Below, piece after piece: positions 61,943-64,000 of a stretch of 64,000 nt of DNA. The translations under genes were made by a program, and so were the position numbers. Location: NCBI GenBank assembly GCA_947472995.1, contig CANJBO010000001.1, positions 204,361 through 268,360 of the forward strand, given 5' to 3'. Source of the stretch: Chloroflexota bacterium (GTDB lineage Bacteria > Chloroflexota > Dehalococcoidia > UBA2979). How positions within the stretch are numbered: position 1 is the first letter of the stretch; every line of letters begins with the position of its first letter. The notes under the pieces were generated by a model, which searched no databases, was not told the DNA's origin, and saw nothing but the letters and a program-made list of their open reading frames with translations.

Positions 61943-62537
61943 CTACTGCACGACGACGGTGGTGGTCATCTGCTGGTGGAGGCGGCACCAGAAGCTGTAG
62001 CGGCCCGCCGCGCCGAAGGTGTGCGACCAGCTGTCCCCGGCGCTGAGGTACGGCGACTCGACGGACAGGTCCGTCGACGTGACGGTGTGCTGCAGGCCCT
62101 CGTCGTTCGTCCAGCGGACCGTGGTGCCGGCGGCGATCGTGATCCCCTGCTCGAACAGCGACGTGACGATCGAGGTGTTCCGCACCGCCCCGCTCGGCCG
62201 CGCGGTGGCGACCGCCGTCGGCGCGGGCGTCGAGGCCGGCGTCGCCGCGGCCGTGGCGACGGGCGCGCTCGCAGGCGTCGAAGTGACCGTCGGCGCCGTG
62301 CTCGTCGCCGCAGGGCGTCGCAGCGGCTGTCGTTGAGGCGGCACCCGGGGTCGTCGAGGCGGCCGGGGGCGTCGTCGCCGCCACGGTCGCCGTCACGCCG
62401 GGGGCGCTCGGCGAGCCGGTCGCCGCGCCGGTCGCCGTGGTGCGCTCCGGCTGGTCGCGCTCCTGGCACGCCGCCGTCGCCGCCGTCACCACGACTGCGA
62501 TCGCGATCCCCACCAGTCGTCGGTGCTCGATGCCCAC
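61943..62537 (-). pseudogene. Lipoprotein cupredoxin (amicyanin-type Cu site), reading frame broken in the Ala/Thr/Pro linker
   Basis: Frame X (GTG 62537 after AGGAG) gives VGIEHRRLVGIAIAVVVTAATAA|C plus a linker and then junk. Frame Y gives the linker plus VRWTNDEGLQHTV...YSFWCRLHQQM (ligands H, C, H, M). One extra nt near the GGG at 62313-62315 would explain the break. Confidence 0.55.
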
Positions 62538-62733
62538 GGGACTCCTCACTGCACCCGCACTGCCCTCGACCGGGTGCGCCCCGCCGAGGATGCGCGGCCG
62601 ACGTAAAGGCGACGTGAAGGCGCCGCCCCATCGGGCGCCTCGAGAGGCCCTCGACGAGCCGCCGCGCTAGGATGGGAGCGTGCCCCCGCTGAGGGAGCGC
62701 ACTCCGCGAGGAGAGCAGCACGGGAGTGAGCGC

Positions 62734-64000
62734 GTGACGACCGAGACCCGCACGAAGTACGAGACCGTGATCGGGCTCGAGGTCCACATCCAGCTGAAGA
62801 CGCGCTCCAAGATGTTCTGCGGCTGCGACCGCGAGTACTTCGACGCCGAGCCGAACACGCACGTCTGCCCCGTATGCCTCGGCATGCCGGGGACGCTGCC
62901 GGTGATCAACGAGGAGGCCGTCGCCAGCACGCTGCTCGCCGGCCTCGCGCTCGGCTGCACGCTGCCCGCGTACGCGAAGTTCGACCGCAAGAACTACCCC
63001 TACCCCGACCTGATGAAGGGCTACCAGATCTCGCAGTTCGACCAGCCGTTCTGCCTCGACGGCGAGCTGGAGATCGAGGTCGACGGCGTGCGCCGCGCGG
63101 TGCACCTCGAGCGCATCCACCTCGAGGAGGACACGGCGCGCCTGATGCACCGCGACAACGGCATCGAGACGTACTCGCTGATGGACGTGAACCGCGCCGG
63201 CTCGCCGCTGATGGAGCTGGTGACGAAGCCCGACATGCACTCCGCCGCCGAGGCGGGCGCGTTCCTCCGCACGCTGCGGCAGGTGATGCGCTACCTCCGC
63301 ATCGCGGACGCGGACATGGAGAAGGGCGGCATGCGCTGCGACGCGAACGTGTCGCTGCGCCCCATCGGGCAGGCAGAGCTCGGCCGCAAGGTCGAGGTGA
63401 AGAACATGAACTCGTTCCGCAGCGTGCAGCGCGCGATCGAGTTCGAGATCGAGCGGCAGACGCGCATGCTCGACGCGAACGAGCGCATCGTGCAGGAGAC
63501 GCGCGGGTACGTGGACGCCACCGGCGAGACCGTCTCGCAGCGCTCGAAGGAGGAAGCGAGCGACTACCGTTACTTCCCCGAGCCCGACCTGCCCCCGGTC
63601 CACGTCTCCCCCGACACCATCGAGGCACTCCGCGCGCGACTCCCCGAACTGCCGACCGCGCGCCGTGCGCGCTTCGAGTCGCAGTACGAGCTGTCCGCCG
63701 ACGAGGCGCGGCACCTGACCGAGTCACGCGCCGACGGCGACGCGTTCGAGGAGGCCGTGCGCCTTGCGGGCAGCGAGCACGCGCGCCCCGTCGCCCACTG
63801 GTTCGCCGGCGAGGTCGCGCGTCACCTGAACGGCGTCGGGGGCGAGGCCGAGCTCCAGGACACGAAGGTCACCGCGCAGCACATCGGCGACCTCGTGCGG
63901 CTCGTCGCGGGCAACGCGATCACCGCCGCCACCGCGAAGGACGTCCTCGACGTCGCGTTCGAGACCGGCGAGCTGCCGGAGGCGATCGTCGACGCCCGCG
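62734..64000 (+). CDS. gatB: Asp-tRNA(Asn)/Glu-tRNA(Gln) amidotransferase subunit B (3' truncated by window edge)
   Basis: GTG 62734 is preceded by GGGAG. N-terminus is YETVIGLEVHIQLKTRSKMFCGCDREYFDAEPNTHVCPVCLGMPGTLPVIN. The frame is open to nt 64000. Confidence 0.95.
   Translation, partial: MTTETRTKYETVIGLEVHIQLKTRSKMFCGCDREYFDAEPNTHVCPVCLGMPGTLPVINEEAVASTLLAGLALGCTLPAYAKFDRKNYPYPDLMKGYQISQFDQPFCLDGELEIEVDGVRRAVHLERIHLEEDTARLMHRDNGIETYSLMDVNRAGSPLMELVTKPDMHSAAEAGAFLRTLRQVMRYLRIADADMEKGGMRCDANVSLRPIGQAELGRKVEVKNMNSFRSVQRAIEFEIERQTRMLDANERIVQETRGYVDATGETVSQRSKEEASDYRYFPEPDLPPVHVSPDTIEALRARLPELPTARRARFESQYELSADEARHLTESRADGDAFEEAVRLAGSEHARPVAHWFAGEVARHLNGVGGEAELQDTKVTAQHIGDLVRLVAGNAITAATAKDVLDVAFETGELPEAIVDAR

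Overview
Limits: I had no tools. Homology calls rest on recognised motifs and remembered reference sequences. RNA folds were drawn by hand.

Overview: this is a very GC-rich bacterial chromosomal segment (by eye about 70% G+C or more; not computed). It is densely packed with core genes. I count about 60 protein genes, 8 tRNAs and one Mn2+ riboswitch. I see no rRNA, CRISPR array, transposase, integrase or prophage.

Likely lineage: gene content and synteny look Actinomycetota-like. The pointers are rnj-ftsK, an AAC(2')-I-like GNAT, a PAC2 protein, UbiA/DprE1/DprE2, many 4-nt start/stop overlaps, and TAnnnT boxes placed 6-8 nt before start codons.

Gene order:
- + strand: rnj (3' end), ftsK.
- - strand: polA, mutM, hydrolase, DmpA-like peptidase, panB, panC, yebC, ruvC, ruvA, GGDEF, uvrB, exported HExxH lipoprotein, aac(2').
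- + strand: giant FtsX-type permease plus two ABC ATPases, Dabb protein, thermonuclease.
- - strand: small protein, ccdA, hypothetical, ltaE, lipoprotein.
- + strand: yybP-ykoY riboswitch and TerC.
- tRNA-Glu x2 flanking a YjeF_N protein, then lspA-rluD-gltX-tRNA-Gln.
- Orphan histidine kinase, PAC2, ubiA/dprE1/dprE2.
- tRNA Trp-Leu-Gly-Cys cluster.
- GT-C membrane protein downstream of formamidase and hydantoinase.
- Amidohydrolase and MFS transporter.
- VOC-putA-VOC, FAD/Rieske fusion, ASCH protein, tRNA-Leu, nhaA, rarA.
- Two apparently frameshifted exported genes (MA peptidase, cupredoxin), then gatB (3' truncated).

Most notable observations:
1. A CcdA whose two 3-TM halves are in swapped, circularly permuted order.
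2. A family of GGGAUACCC-loop palindromic intergenic repeats inside three operons.
3. A decaprenyl-phospho-arabinose pathway block in a non-mycobacterial-looking context. Its DprE1 has Ala at the benzothiazinone-target Cys position.
4. A fused double-FtsX permease served by two different ATPases, one with an AbrB-like tail.
5. A long structured panB leader behind a near-consensus promoter.
6. Adjacent exported cupredoxin and HExxH peptidase genes, each interrupted just after its export signal.
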